DNA from: a virus
Lineage: Duplodnaviria; Caudoviricetes
DNA length: 55,557 bases
Reading direction: 5' to 3' (one strand)
IMG/VR virus record: IMGVR_UViG_3300044699_000015
Location: 1-55,557 of that record
The notes under the pieces are model-generated. The model saw only the letters and a program-made list of their open reading frames with translations, was not told where the DNA came from and made no database searches. The translations under genes and the position numbers were made by a program. Positions 19,304-31,184 of the stretch are shown here, piece after piece; the first letter of the stretch is position 1, and each line of letters opens with the position of its first letter.

Positions 19304-20167
19304 ATGAACCCGGTTTCATGTGCTCCTTCTTGTTGTGAAAGTGTTTTACCCATACAAATTCCGGGGCCAGAAGGCCCCGACGGAACTCCCGGAATTTCTG
19401 GAACCGACGGTAAAAACGCCTTCACTTTCACCACCGCCGATTTCACTGTTCCTGCCATTGGCGCAAACGTCGTTGTTCTCGTTGCGAACTCCGATTGGAT
19501 GACTCTGGGTCAAAATGTATTCGTTCAAACCGCTGGAAACTTTAAAGTGGTTGAAAAGCCAGCTTCAACGAGCGTTATTCTGCAATATCTAAATTATGCT
19601 GGAAATGTTGGCACAGGAAATTTGGTTGGAACGGGGATGCAAGTCAGTCCATCCGGCACGCAGGTAGATGTTTCTGGAATAATCGAATTGGTGGATAGCA
19701 CCGGAGGGACAATTAGCAATGATATAAACTCTGGTGTCGGAAAAACGACTATTGCGCTATACATCACGCTCGCAAACCTCACTAATGCTGATGTTATTAC
19801 GGCTTACACACCCGGATATGCCTTCAAACTGTTAAAAGTTTCTTTCGGTGTTCAAGTGGCTGCAACCACCGCTTTGAAATTGGCAACTATCACACCTTAC
19901 ATTTCCGGGGTGGCAGTTACAGGAGGAATTTTGTCGCTGACTTCCGCCAACTGCACCCCCAAAGGAACGATAGTGGCTGGAAGTGCAATTACCGCTTTGA
20001 ATACCGGAGATGATGCAGCCACTATCACGCTGACCGCCTCGGCAGTAACGGCTTTCGTGGAAGGAACCGGATGGATTTTGATTGAGATTCAGAATACTGA
20101 TGTTGCCAATGCGCTTGCCTCTCTCGCAGCAAAACAGAATGAACTGTTGACAGCCCTTGCACCTTAA
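19304..20167 (+). CDS. tail/fibre-type structural protein with short collagen-like segment
   Basis: GPEGPDGTPGISGTDGKN; FTVPAIG domain shared with the next gene. Confidence 0.6.
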   Translation: MNPVSCAPSCCESVLPIQIPGPEGPDGTPGISGTDGKNAFTFTTADFTVPAIGANVVVLVANSDWMTLGQNVFVQTAGNFKVVEKPASTSVILQYLNYAGNVGTGNLVGTGMQVSPSGTQVDVSGIIELVDSTGGTISNDINSGVGKTTIALYITLANLTNADVITAYTPGYAFKLLKVSFGVQVAATTALKLATITPYISGVAVTGGILSLTSANCTPKGTIVAGSAITALNTGDDAATITLTASAVTAFVEGTGWILIEIQNTDVANALASLAAKQNELLTALAP

Positions 20168-20168
20168 T

Positions 20169-22683
20169 GTGGCTGACAAAAATCCAGTTCAATATGTAGA
20201 AGACGCTTTCGGTGTGCTGCCGGATGGAATGAATAGCGGATTATCTCCTCTGCTATTGGAAAAAACTCAGTTGTCCTTTGGTAGTAATCTTACTGTCCGA
20301 AATGGCTATGCCACAGACCGACCTCCTATAATTCGCAAGACTATTGATTTCCAAGGCGATACAGCACTCCAAACCGCTATTGAAAAAGGGTTGTGGCAAA
20401 CCTTCATATTCTATCAGCCAATAATCGGTGATACAAAATTGATGGTTTCCATTAGTGGGCGAGTGTTTGAATTTTCCGAACAGTTGAACGGAGAATTTAC
20501 CGTCATCGAAAGGACAATTCCGAGCGACCCCAATCCCGCGACTCAGCCGCAGGCTTGGATGGTGCAGGCAGAGCAATTTCTGATATTAAACGATGGTGTT
20601 TCGGTTCCCTATATTTGGGATGGCTCCATTGCACGCAGAGCACAGACCAATACGCCAACGGTTTACGGAATCACTAATGCAGACTTCACCGTTCCACAAG
20701 TGGGGGCATCAGTAACCATCAATATTGCGAGTGGATATACTGGCCCGTTAAACGTAGCAATTTACATCGGCGGGCATATTTACGTTGTCACCAATCAAAG
20801 CAATAACACTCAGGCGTATTCTCTGGCATCGGTTAAAAATGTAAACGGAGTTGCGGGGTCAACCGTTGACGCGGGAACACCTGTCATCATAAAAGGAACC
20901 GGACTGATTGTTGGAACCACGACAACGGGTTTTGCCTTCAATGATTTCTTTTTGCATGATTTAGGTCTTGATACCAGCACGGCACAAACCACTGTCGCAG
21001 ATAATAGCATTGTTACAATCTTAGGGCGACGGTTCAGAAAAAACGGCACAAAGTTTGCAATTCAATCAGGGCCATTCCCCTTTGTGGTTCCAGCCGGTTC
21101 TCAGGTTATCAGCACGGGGGCCGCGCAACCCGACCAGACCATAGCGACGGTTTATGAAGCGTTCACGGTTCCTGCTATCGGCTCCTCAGTGACGGTAAAA
21201 ACCACTTCGCTTTATTCCGGCGCAGACAATCAGGCGGTTCAGATAAATTCAAAGAACTTTGAGATTTCAAAGACAACTCAGCCCCCGACTCCACCGGCTA
21301 CTTTGATTGTCAGCAATGTGAACGACTCTCCGGGGAATACGGTTATCAGCGGAACCGATTTGGCGTCCGGTGCATTGGTCGGAGTTTCCACCGAACTGCC
21401 TCCGGGTAGGATGCTGGTTTATGGCATGGGGCGTATTTGGGAATGTCTCACTGATGGAAAACAGTTTGTCGCAGGTGATATTGTTGGCGGTTCATCCGGC
21501 ACACAGACTTACAATTATACCGACTCGGTTTTACGGGTGACAGAAAACTCTTATCTGGCAGGCGGTGGAAATTTCAGAACGCCTAGCAGCGGTGGCACGA
21601 TTAACGCCATGATTTTCACGGCCACCTTGGATGTTTTCATTGGGACAAGGGCCGATACAGATATTCACACCATCAGGAGTGTTTTCATGTCAGGCTCCGG
21701 TGGATAGAACCACATGGAACTCGCTTACCAATCCAATCCTCACGCAATCCCTGATTTCGTTTGGAGCCTTGGGACAGGATTCAACCGTGCTGGCTAATAG
21801 CGATACCTTGTTTCGCTCCATTGATGGCATCCGTTCGTTGATTCTCGCACGCCGGGAATTTGCTACATGGGGCAACACTCCAATTTCAAACGAAATGGAT
21901 AGGGTTCTGACGAATGACCAAATAGATTTGTTAGCCTATTCCAGCGCAACGGTATTCGACAATCGTTTGCTGATGACGTGCGCTCCACAGGCTTCAACCC
22001 AAGGTGTTTTCAATAGCGGATTGATTGCCCTAAACTTTTCACCCATCAGCACGCTTCGAGGAAAGTCCCCATCGGTTTATGATGGACTATGGACAGGCGT
22101 GAACGTCCTTAAAATCCTGTCAGGACAATTCAATGGTTTAGACCGTTGTTTCGCCTTCACTTACAATTTAGACCAAAAGAAGATTGAGCTTTATGAGTTT
22201 CTAAAGACGGGAAATGACCATTTTGACAATGGAAACACGCCGATTACATGGACAATGGAAAGCGCGTCGTTGTTCCATAAAATCAAAGGCAAAACCGACT
22301 TCGATTTGGTGAGAATGACCGATGGGGAAATTTATATTGATGACGTGATAGGAATGGTAACGGTTCAGGCGTATTACAAACCCGACCAGTATCCCTGTTG
22401 GGTCAAGTGGACACAATTTAACGTGTGTGCCAAGAAAAATAACCCGGATTTAGGACAACCGATTGATAATTCAATCAAGCCACAATATCGAACGCGCATT
22501 GGACTTGGACAACCAAGCGCAGACGATTGCTACGATGTTACCGGCAGGCCGTTGCGCGAGTTTTACACCTGCCAAGTGAAGTTTATCATCACGGGACATT
22601 GCCGATTTTTGGGTGCTAAATTCAAGGCGGCGATTGTGCCGGAGTCTTACTACGCGAAGCAACTTTGTGAGGGGGAATGTTAA
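20169..22683 (+). CDS. large tail (nozzle/tubular-B-like) structural protein, frameshift at T4 21634-21637
   Basis: Beta-rich, ~837 aa after removing one T (..LDVSLGQGP..); function inferred from size and position. Confidence 0.55.
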
Positions 22684-22684
22684 G

Positions 22685-23560
22685 GTGAGTTGCGACACTT
22701 GCAAAATTATACAGTGTGACAATCCGAGTGACATAGCCCAATACTCGCTTCAATCCAGCGCATTTTTTTCGCCTCAATTCGTATTCGTTTTAGATTGTCC
22801 AGCCGGATATTCATGTCAGCCGGGAGGATACCCCAATACGATTACATTGCCACCCGGAACCATCACACTTCCACCACCTACGGTAAATCCCGGAACCCCA
22901 ACCGCGGTAAATCTGCTTTGCTGCAATACTCCCGTATCTGTCACAATTCCAGCCGATTCAAATCAAACCACCGTTACCGCCTTGATGAATCAGTTGATGG
23001 CTAATTGCGCGGCGAAAATGGCGGATTGCCTCAACATAAATAATCCACCGACAAGCATCCCCGGAGGAAACCCGCCAAGTCCACCCGGAACATTTAACAA
23101 GTATTCCAACGATGCTCTGACATATTTACTTTGTGGAAAACCAGCCACCTTGGGCGCTACCGATACATTGCCCGGATGGATTACTCTTGATACCGCGACA
23201 AACATAATTCATGGCAGCGCGGGAATTTTCTTTGGCAGGACAAAAGAGGAAGCGAATGCATTAGCTAATGCCGAGTTTGTTTCTAATATTCAAAAATTGA
23301 TAGCCACCGGAATCATTTTCTGCAATTGCATCAGCACAGGAGGAACATTGCCGGATGGTCAATCAGGAGTTTCAGGTTATGACACATTCATAGTGGCAGC
23401 GGGAGCGCCACCACCCGGATTTGCTATTACGTTTAATGTCACGGCAGGCACATTTCCACCGGGACTGACTTTGAATAGCTCCACGGGAGAAATAACCGGC
23501 ACACCAACACTGGACGGTATTTTTGCCTTCACAATCACCTTGGATTTAGTGCCTATATGA
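22685..23560 (+). CDS. Cys-rich structural protein with C-terminal putative Ig (He_PIG-like) domain
   Basis: GTFPPGLTLNSSTGEITGTPT..G.F.FTIT. Confidence 0.7.
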   Translation: MSCDTCKIIQCDNPSDIAQYSLQSSAFFSPQFVFVLDCPAGYSCQPGGYPNTITLPPGTITLPPPTVNPGTPTAVNLLCCNTPVSVTIPADSNQTTVTALMNQLMANCAAKMADCLNINNPPTSIPGGNPPSPPGTFNKYSNDALTYLLCGKPATLGATDTLPGWITLDTATNIIHGSAGIFFGRTKEEANALANAEFVSNIQKLIATGIIFCNCISTGGTLPDGQSGVSGYDTFIVAAGAPPPGFAITFNVTAGTFPPGLTLNSSTGEITGTPTLDGIFAFTITLDLVPI

Positions 23561-23991
23561 GTTGCTCAAAAGATTTTACAATCAGGATTTTAGACCCGTG
23601 CAAGGATAAGAATACGGATTGGGCGCATGTTATGTGGGGAGGGGCCGAAACAAACCCGGAAGGTTCGGTTATTGGTGGCTCGGGAACCACGGTAACATTT
23701 TTCAGAAACCATGCTCCCGACGGGGCGGTTCAATTGATAGCATTTGCGACAGAATTATGTGTATTGCCGCCAAGGGATATAAGTATAAAAGTAACCAATT
23801 CAGTAGGTGCTGGCGGAGTGGATATTGAGATAGTAACCACAGGTGGCGTATGGTTATTAGGAACAACTTTTGTTGGCCCTCCGGTTACTTATCCGGTTCC
23901 TTTATTCTCAAGCGACGGCACATTTTTCCAAGTGTTTAGCACACGCTCATTTTCCGGTCTTATGGACGTAAAGGTAGAGTTTATCGTATAA
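23557..23991 (+). CDS. hypothetical beta-rich structural protein
   Basis: ATGA-coupled, 144 aa. Confidence 0.6.
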   Translation: MSCSKDFTIRILDPCKDKNTDWAHVMWGGAETNPEGSVIGGSGTTVTFFRNHAPDGAVQLIAFATELCVLPPRDISIKVTNSVGAGGVDIEIVTTGGVWLLGTTFVGPPVTYPVPLFSSDGTFFQVFSTRSFSGLMDVKVEFIV

Positions 23992-24033
23992 ATGTTGCAA
24001 TTTGAACAAAACAGAGTAAAAGCCATCTAACCA

Positions 24034-25053
24034 GTGAAAACTTTAGGCGAACTCAAACAATCCAGAATCAAAGAGATTGCCCAATCTTGTTCCACGTCGG
24101 ATGATTTCAAGTCTCTCATAAACGAAGCCACAGAAAGATTGATGTCTCGCGGCGATTGGGTCGGTTCACTGGTTCCAATTCAGGTTTGTTTGACGCGAGA
24201 TAGCTGTGTGGTCTGGCCGCGCTACACCGGCCAAGTGCGCCGCATTAACTATTGCGGACAACACATCAAAACCCGCAATGAATGGTTCGATTTTGTTGGC
24301 CCTGAACAATACTGCGGTTGGTATCATCAATGGGGGTGGGGAAACCAAATGGGTTGGGGACAGTTTTACAATCGAAATCTAGTTTCACTAGGATTTTCCT
24401 GCACTTTTCAGGATATACCCTTGGACAAAAACTGTCTCATCCGTGTTTATCCTCTGTGTCAGGCTGATGTTGGAAAAACGATTACGATTTTCGGTGTGGA
24501 TACTAACGGCCAACCGTTGATGACCAAGGATGCCACCACAGGCGAATGGAGCGAAGGACTTACCTTAACTTTATCGTTACCGTTTGTCAGCACTTCAATC
24601 TATGTTCGGCAGATTACTCGTGTAATACGTGAGCAAACGAACAAGAACACGCCGATGTATGCTTATGACGCGGCTGATGACACGCTTTTTCAATTGGCGA
24701 ATTACGAGCCTTCCGAAACCAACCCGCAGTATGTCAAAGACCGATTGAATCTTGGATGCTATCGTGGAAACTGTGATTTGCGCTCAATAGTTGCTTTGGT
24801 AAAATTGCGATTCATTCCCGTGCAGGTGGATACGGATTTGGTTCTAATCAACAGTATCGCCGCTTTGAAACTGGCCGTGCAAGCCATTAAGTTTGAGGAG
24901 GCGAGTGAAGACGAAAGGGCTTTTTCGAAATGGACGGCAGCGATACATGAACTAAATATCCAGCTTGAGAACGATTTTCCAATGGAAGTATCCACCGCGA
25001 TTGATACAGGTTTCAGTCCTGTGGAATCATTTGGGAGGCAGCGCGTAATTTAA
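24034..25053 (+). CDS. putative head-tail adaptor (tubular-A-like) protein
   Basis: TLGELK..I...LINEATERL N-terminal helices, beta core, C-terminal helical hairpin. Confidence 0.55.
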   Translation: MKTLGELKQSRIKEIAQSCSTSDDFKSLINEATERLMSRGDWVGSLVPIQVCLTRDSCVVWPRYTGQVRRINYCGQHIKTRNEWFDFVGPEQYCGWYHQWGWGNQMGWGQFYNRNLVSLGFSCTFQDIPLDKNCLIRVYPLCQADVGKTITIFGVDTNGQPLMTKDATTGEWSEGLTLTLSLPFVSTSIYVRQITRVIREQTNKNTPMYAYDAADDTLFQLANYEPSETNPQYVKDRLNLGCYRGNCDLRSIVALVKLRFIPVQVDTDLVLINSIAALKLAVQAIKFEEASEDERAFSKWTAAIHELNIQLENDFPMEVSTAIDTGFSPVESFGRQRVI

Positions 25054-25056
25054 TTT

Positions 25057-25731
25057 ATGGCATCACTAAGACCAATTGGCGGAACGGCATCAGGGTCAAC
25101 CTATGACCCATCCTTGTTCGGTTACAGCGTGGGGGCAGCGCCAACTCGCGGGCAAGGCGCTTTCGGAGCCGTGCCGGGACAAATTGGAGTGCCGCCATCA
25201 ACCTACACGCAGACAACCAATGCAATTCCGTCTTTAGGGCCAGCCGGAAATGCTGCCGGGACTGCCATTCAAAATCAAATTGCTGGAAAATTGTCGCCTG
25301 CAACTTTGGCTGCTTTGCGAGATGCCGCTGCGACTTATGGCGTTAGCACAGGCGTCCCCGGAAGCCAGTTTCAAAATTACGATTGGTTGCAATCTCTCGG
25401 TCTGAACACGGAAAATCAGGTCAATACCGGAATCGGGAATTACAACAAGACTTTGACTACGGTAGCGGGAACACAGACCGACCCAAATCTTGCCGCTTCC
25501 ATCGCAGACCGAAATGCTACCTATGCCGCTGCACCCGACCCCGCTGCTGCTGCGAGTTACGCACAAGGATTGTTCGACAAGTATTTGCAGTCATTAAAAA
25601 CGCCTGCTGGCGGCACAAGTTCAGCCGGAAGCACCCTTCCATGGTATATGCAAGGAGATAACTTTGGAGCATCTCTTGGCCCCGGAACATGGCAAACTGG
25701 CCCCGGCACGTATAGAACTCCATACCAATAA
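25057..25731 (+). CDS. putative internal virion/ejection protein
   Basis: G/A/T-rich; ALRDAAATYGVSTGVPGSQF; position. Confidence 0.5.
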   Translation: MASLRPIGGTASGSTYDPSLFGYSVGAAPTRGQGAFGAVPGQIGVPPSTYTQTTNAIPSLGPAGNAAGTAIQNQIAGKLSPATLAALRDAAATYGVSTGVPGSQFQNYDWLQSLGLNTENQVNTGIGNYNKTLTTVAGTQTDPNLAASIADRNATYAAAPDPAAAASYAQGLFDKYLQSLKTPAGGTSSAGSTLPWYMQGDNFGASLGPGTWQTGPGTYRTPYQ

Positions 25732-25736
25732 AATTT

Positions 25737-26633
25737 GTGGCCTTTGAAATCGCACCTTGGTTGAGAATCAACCCACTCGACTACGTTAATTCCGCTGCTG
25801 CCGGTGGAAGGCTTGGGTTGTCTCGTGCCGAGTTGGAATCAAGCGCATTGCAAGCCGGTGACAGAACAAATCTTGGTTATGCGCAGTTGGCAGGTGAAAA
25901 TGGCCGCGCATCTTCCGCATTGGCTGAACGTGCTTATGAGGCGAACTTGGAAAATCAGGCGCGACAAGCTGCCACCGAAGCAAATGCTTCCGAGGCCGCT
26001 GCCAAATTAAAAGAAGCAACAGCTAAATCCTCGTTGCCATCCATTCACACATTGGGAGACCAATTGTTAGCGGTGACGCCAGAGGGTTTTGTGACGCCTT
26101 TGTATAACAAACCAGAGGAACCCAAAATCATTGAAGGTTATCGTGGGGCAATTACGATGGTTGACCCTAAAAATGGGGCTGTAAAGGTGTTGCGTGATGC
26201 GATGCCTTACAACGTGCCTCAAAGGTTTGACACTGTTTCGGAAACGACCAAAGGAGTTCCCGAACATCCTTCCTATGACGTTACAACGCCACTCGTAAGT
26301 AAATGGTTTGGGCCTGATATTCAACCGTCATCGTTTTCGACAACCAACACTTCTGCTTTGGATGCTCTGCCTAAAGGCTCAACTATTGTGACCAATGATA
26401 TTCCTGCAACGCCGTCACGCACAACTAGCCGACGTGTTCCAGTGGCTACCGCTGCATTGGACGGCGTTGTTACAAGCCAAACGCCGGGAGTAAAAGATTT
26501 AGGGCCAGCATCGGGAACCGATAGCGTCACTATACCACCCGCGCAAGCCAACGAAATTACTCGCTTGACCAAAGACGGCAGGAAAGCAATTTTCGACGCA
26601 GATACGAAAGAGTTTTTGCGTTATGCCGACTAA
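25737..26633 (+). CDS. putative internal virion protein
   Basis: A-rich coiled-coil N-half; position. Confidence 0.5.
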   Translation: MAFEIAPWLRINPLDYVNSAAAGGRLGLSRAELESSALQAGDRTNLGYAQLAGENGRASSALAERAYEANLENQARQAATEANASEAAAKLKEATAKSSLPSIHTLGDQLLAVTPEGFVTPLYNKPEEPKIIEGYRGAITMVDPKNGAVKVLRDAMPYNVPQRFDTVSETTKGVPEHPSYDVTTPLVSKWFGPDIQPSSFSTTNTSALDALPKGSTIVTNDIPATPSRTTSRRVPVATAALDGVVTSQTPGVKDLGPASGTDSVTIPPAQANEITRLTKDGRKAIFDADTKEFLRYAD

Positions 26634-29600
26634 TCCAACTTGGGAAGAAACAACATCTGCACCGTCATGGGATGATACTGCTCCAATTTCTACAGAACAG
26701 GATTCACAACAATCCATAATTGATGCTTTAAATAATGGCGCAACCATTCGAGATGTTCCCGATAAAGCTGCACAAATAAAGCGTGACTTTGGCACGGAGC
26801 GATTGCGGCAAGTAATCGAAACTCCGGTTACAAATTACTTGCCAGAGGATGCCAGAAACGCATTGGATTTACCGGGACAAATGGCCGCTGTTGCTGCCAA
26901 GCATCCCGAAGATACCAGTTTTGGGGTAATGGCGGGAATGGCTGGTGGTGTCAAGAATCTAGCCAATGGTTTTACAAGCCCAATCGGATTAGCAACTTTG
27001 GGAATCGGTGCTGCTCCCAAGGCAACCCAAAAAGCGATTGCATTAGCATTCGCTGGTCAAATGGCTACCCAATTGCCAGACTTAGGAACAGAATTGGGGC
27101 AAGAATTTGGAAAACCCGCCGATAAAAGAGATACGGAGAAAATATCAAGGCTCCTCACTGAATTTGCTGGAACTGATTTGTTTGCTTCGCTGGCATTGAG
27201 ACACGGCTTAAAGGATTCTATTCCTGCACCAGAACCAAAACTAGAGCCTGCGCCTGATGTTTCAGGTAGAACACTCAAAATGCCGGAAGGTGCTAAACCT
27301 CCGGGTGAAATCCAAACAGTTGAGGACAATCTTGCTGATGTTTCCACAATTCCAAGCACGGGGCCAACCTTTGCGGGCATACCGGAAACTGCTATTCCGA
27401 AAGAGGCAAAGCCCGTGGTTCCAGAAACACCACCGGAAGCAGAAAAAGGTATCAGTGTCGTTGACGAAATCCGAAACAACGGAGCCAAGACGATTGCTGA
27501 TATTCAAAGACTTTATCCCCAAGCACAATTAACGCGAGAGGCAGCGCGAACTTTGCGTAATGCCGCATGGGGAACACCTGACAATCCTTTGCCAGCAGAA
27601 CAAACTCGACCGAAAGGAGAACCAAATGCCATTCCAGAGCGAAAGCCAGAGACGCTACCTGTGGAAATTCCACCCGGAAGTAGCACAGAAGTGGGCGGAC
27701 GAATATCCGCACCAGAAAAACCTGCCATATCACAAATCCCAAATCCCGAAACACAAACAGGGGCGGCGGGCATTCCGGAGCAAGTAGCGCCTCCGGTTGT
27801 AACCACCGATGTTACAGAGCCTTTAAATCCGGGTGGCTCACAAGCTGAATTGTCTCCTGATTTACAGGCGCAATCCAAGGCCAACAATAGCCGCGCAGCA
27901 TTTGAGGCGTTGGCGAAGGAAAAAGGCAGCCCATTGCCAACTCCCGCACCCGAAGGCAGTCCAACCGCTATGAAATATAGGTTGATTGACCAAGAGCGGG
28001 CTGCGCGTGGATTGGAGCCATTGACCAAGGGGGAATCTGTTTCCGACCAAGAGACGTTAAATAAGGCGATGGTAGCTATGGATAAAAACCCAAATGCTGC
28101 CGATGAATTGGTTAAGGAACTGAACGCGAAACCACGCACTATTTCCGACGTAGAAAACTTCATTCTGTTGCTCAAAAAAAGTGGAGTTACGTAATTCCTA
28201 TGAAGCATCGGCGCGTGAATCTGCCAAGGCTTTTGATGAAGGCAGAACGGGGGATGCGAAATTGGCATCATTGGAAGCCAACAAGTATTCGGATGCGTTG
28301 GAAAAGGTGGAGAAAGCATCTCGCGTGAGCGGTTCCGAACGTGGCCGCGCATTGCGTTCATTGCGCGTGATGATGAATGAGGACTTTTCCTTGGCATCAA
28401 TGGAAATGCAGCGACGTGCGGCCAAAGGTGGAGAGCCGTTGACCGAAGGAGAACGCTCTGAATTGGTCAAGATTGCCGATGACTATAAAAAGGCCAATGA
28501 GGATTTGCAGAAGCACATGGCGGAACGTATTGACCGTGCCTCCAAAGCTGCCGTTGATGAAGCCTTGGCACGAATAGCCAAAGAAACAAGACCAACTGTA
28601 GAGCCACATGTTCGCATTATCGCAGACCGTGTTAAGGGCTACTTCGACAAACGCGCAGAAGCGGCTTTGAAACGGTTATCAGGAGCAACATTCTCAACAC
28701 CGTTGCCTGACTTGATTGACCTCGGAGTATCCAAAATCATCAGTGGCGCAATCGAATTTGGTGAATGGTCTGCTAAAATGATTGCCGACTTGGGCGAGCG
28801 AGTTAAACCACACCTTAAAACCGTGTGGGATGCCTCCCACAAGGCGCTGGATGACCATATCGCGCAAGTTGCGAGTGGGAACACCCGAGAGAAGGTCAAA
28901 ACCGCTGTAAAGTCCACTGGCGATAAAATAGCCAAGGCCCGCGAGACGATTAAAACGCGAGTGGCAGCGAAGGAAACCGAAAAGCTATCACCACAGATTC
29001 AAAAAATGGCCCGTGCGTTCATCGAATCAGGCATTACCGATAGAGAAAAGTTGATAGATGCCGTTCATAATGAATTACAACAGATTTTGCCTGACATTAC
29101 CCGCCGTGAAACCATGGACGCCATTTCGGGTTATGGAGATTTTAAGCAACTGAGCAAGGATGAAATCAGCGTCAAATTGCGTGGCATGAAAGGCGAAATG
29201 CAGCAAATCGCCAAGCTGGAAGATATGGCCAAAGGCGTGCCGCCTAGTAAAACCGGCATTGAACGACGGGAGCCGACTGCGGAGGAAAGAAAACTCATTA
29301 AGGCAGTCAACGAGGCCAAGATTCAATTTCAGGTTCCGATTACCGACCCTGCAACACAGTTAAAATCTGCTTTGGACACCCGCAAGGCTTTGCTCAAAGG
29401 GCAGATTGAGGACTTGGAGAACCGTATTAAAACGGGCGACTACTCCAAGAAGCCAAAACGCGAACTTGCTTTGGATAGAACCGCTATGGAATTGGAGGCC
29501 CAAAAAGGAAGGCTGCGAAAGAAGTTCTTGGAGGGTCAACGAAAATCGCAACTAGCCGCTAGAACTGGAAGTGAAAAAACCTTCGACTTTATCGGTAACG

Positions 29601-30913
29601 CCAGGCGTTTCTCGGTGCTTTCCGGTGCTAATGTGCTGGCTAAACTCGCCGCTTATTCCGCTACCAAATTGCCAATAATGGGAATAACCGAGGCAATCGG
29701 AGGGGCTTTGTCCAAGGCCAGAGGAATACGCGATATTGCCGAAAAAGCCCCAAGCGAAAGCGGTGCGAGTTACGATGCTTATGCCAAGGCGATTGCGAAA
29801 GGACTTACGCAAGGTTTCGTTGATGCCTATAAAGTCGCCAAAACCGGCCAATCTGATTTAAAGGCTGCTTTCAGTGACCGTCCTGATACGGGGCGGGAAT
29901 GGTATAACTTTTTCCAAACAGTTCACGAGGTTATCAAATCTCCATTGCGCCGTGCTGCCTTTGAATTGTCATTGCAAAAGCGCATGGCTCACGCGGTCAA
30001 GAATGGCGTGGATATTTCCGACCCTCTGGTTCAAGTCGCTTTGTCGAAGGATGCCTATTTGGATTCAGACCGTGCGCTATTGTTGGAAAGCAACAAACTC
30101 GCATCCGGTATTCGTGGATTATTGAAACAGTTGGAAACTCCAAATAAAAAGAGTGGCGAAATTCCGATTGTGGGAAAGGCCGCTGCCACCTTGGGGCGTG
30201 TCGAGTTTCCCATCCTCACAGTTCCGTTCAATTACATGAAACAAACGCTTACTTCCGCGTTTGGATTGGCTACCGGAAGTCTCAAAGCACGAGCCGCATT
30301 GAAAAGAGGAGTCGAAAACCTTTCACCAGAGGAAGCTGACAATATCATGCGGCATTTGAAATACGGTTCAATCGGAGGCGCGATGTTGCTTTACGGATTT
30401 TACGATGGTTACAAAAACGGGAGCAATGGCGTATTCGGTGGTTATTACCAGCCGGGAGAAAAGCGAAAAGACAATCAGGCTGGTGTTGGCGGTCTTAAAA
30501 TAGGGGATACTAAGATTAGCGGTCTATTGCTCCACAACCCTGTTTTAGCCGTTGGGCAGCTTGGGCATACGATTGGCGCGATTGCAGCACAAAAGCACTC
30601 CAAGGCCAATCCAGAGCAGCGTGGCGTGGCAATAGGTTCAATCTCTGGAATGATGGGGTTGCTAAATGAATCTCCACTTGGCCGACAATTTGAACTTGTG
30701 AGTGATTTAAGCGACCCCAAGAGTGCAGAATGGGCCTTGGGAGAACATGCTAAATCACTTGCAGTTCCACAATTGGTTCAAGAAGCCGCACAAGCCACTG
30801 ATAAGGACGCTGCCGGAAACGTGATTAAACGCGCTCCGGTGACGGTTGGGCAGCATGTAAAGACTGGCATTCCGATTCTGCGGCAGACGGTTCCGAAAAA
30901 GAAACAACCATAA
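26623..30913 (+). CDS. large internal virion/ejection-type protein (~1430 aa; frameshift at A7 28174-28180)
   Basis: Removing one A fuses 26623-28194 with 28181-30913 (..LLKKVELRN..); P/E-rich linker then long helical region. Confidence 0.65.
27626..27787 (+). CDS. 53-aa basic phage protein nested in +1 frame of the large virion gene
   Basis: AAAGGAGA SD 5 nt before ATG; MPFQSESQRRYLWKFHPEVAQKWADEYP resembles recurrent small phage proteins beginning MPFKS.AQRR. Confidence 0.7.
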   Translation: MPFQSESQRRYLWKFHPEVAQKWADEYPHQKNLPYHKSQIPKHKQGRRAFRSK

Positions 30914-31184
30914 GCACGTTTTCAAACGGCAGGATGGTGTATTCGACTCCACCAATGGTCTTTTTAACCGAGTTCGTGCCGTCAATAATCACCAAGTCAT
31001 TGACTGCAAATGTGGGGTCAACCTTGCGGTTCTTATAGTCGAATAAATCACCGATGCCACAGACCTGATAAACCTGTGGCCTTTCCTGTAGGTGCTCAGG
31101 AACAACAATGGTCGTTTGCTCGGTTTCCTTAATGTCCAACTGGCGCAACAGGACACGATTACGGGAGGGTTTTACAAGTCTCAT
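30825..31184 (-). CDS. groES: GroES/Cpn10-like co-chaperonin
   Basis: VKPSRNRVLL...IVVP...VCGIG...VNDLVI...IGGVEYTIL.FENVL. Confidence 0.8.
   Translation of the reverse strand: MRLVKPSRNRVLLRQLDIKETEQTTIVVPEHLQERPQVYQVCGIGDLFDYKNRKVDPTFAVNDLVIIDGTNSVKKTIGGVEYTILPFENVLMVVSFSEPSAAESECQSLHAAQPSPERV

Noticed and set aside
28171-28183. Programmed -1 frameshift at AAAAAAG
   Set aside because: The downstream ORF is in the +1 frame, and the same type of indel recurs elsewhere.
27513-28400. 295-aa antisense ORF and similar shadow ORFs
   Set aside because: Low-complexity mirrors of the sense gene with no start signals or motifs.
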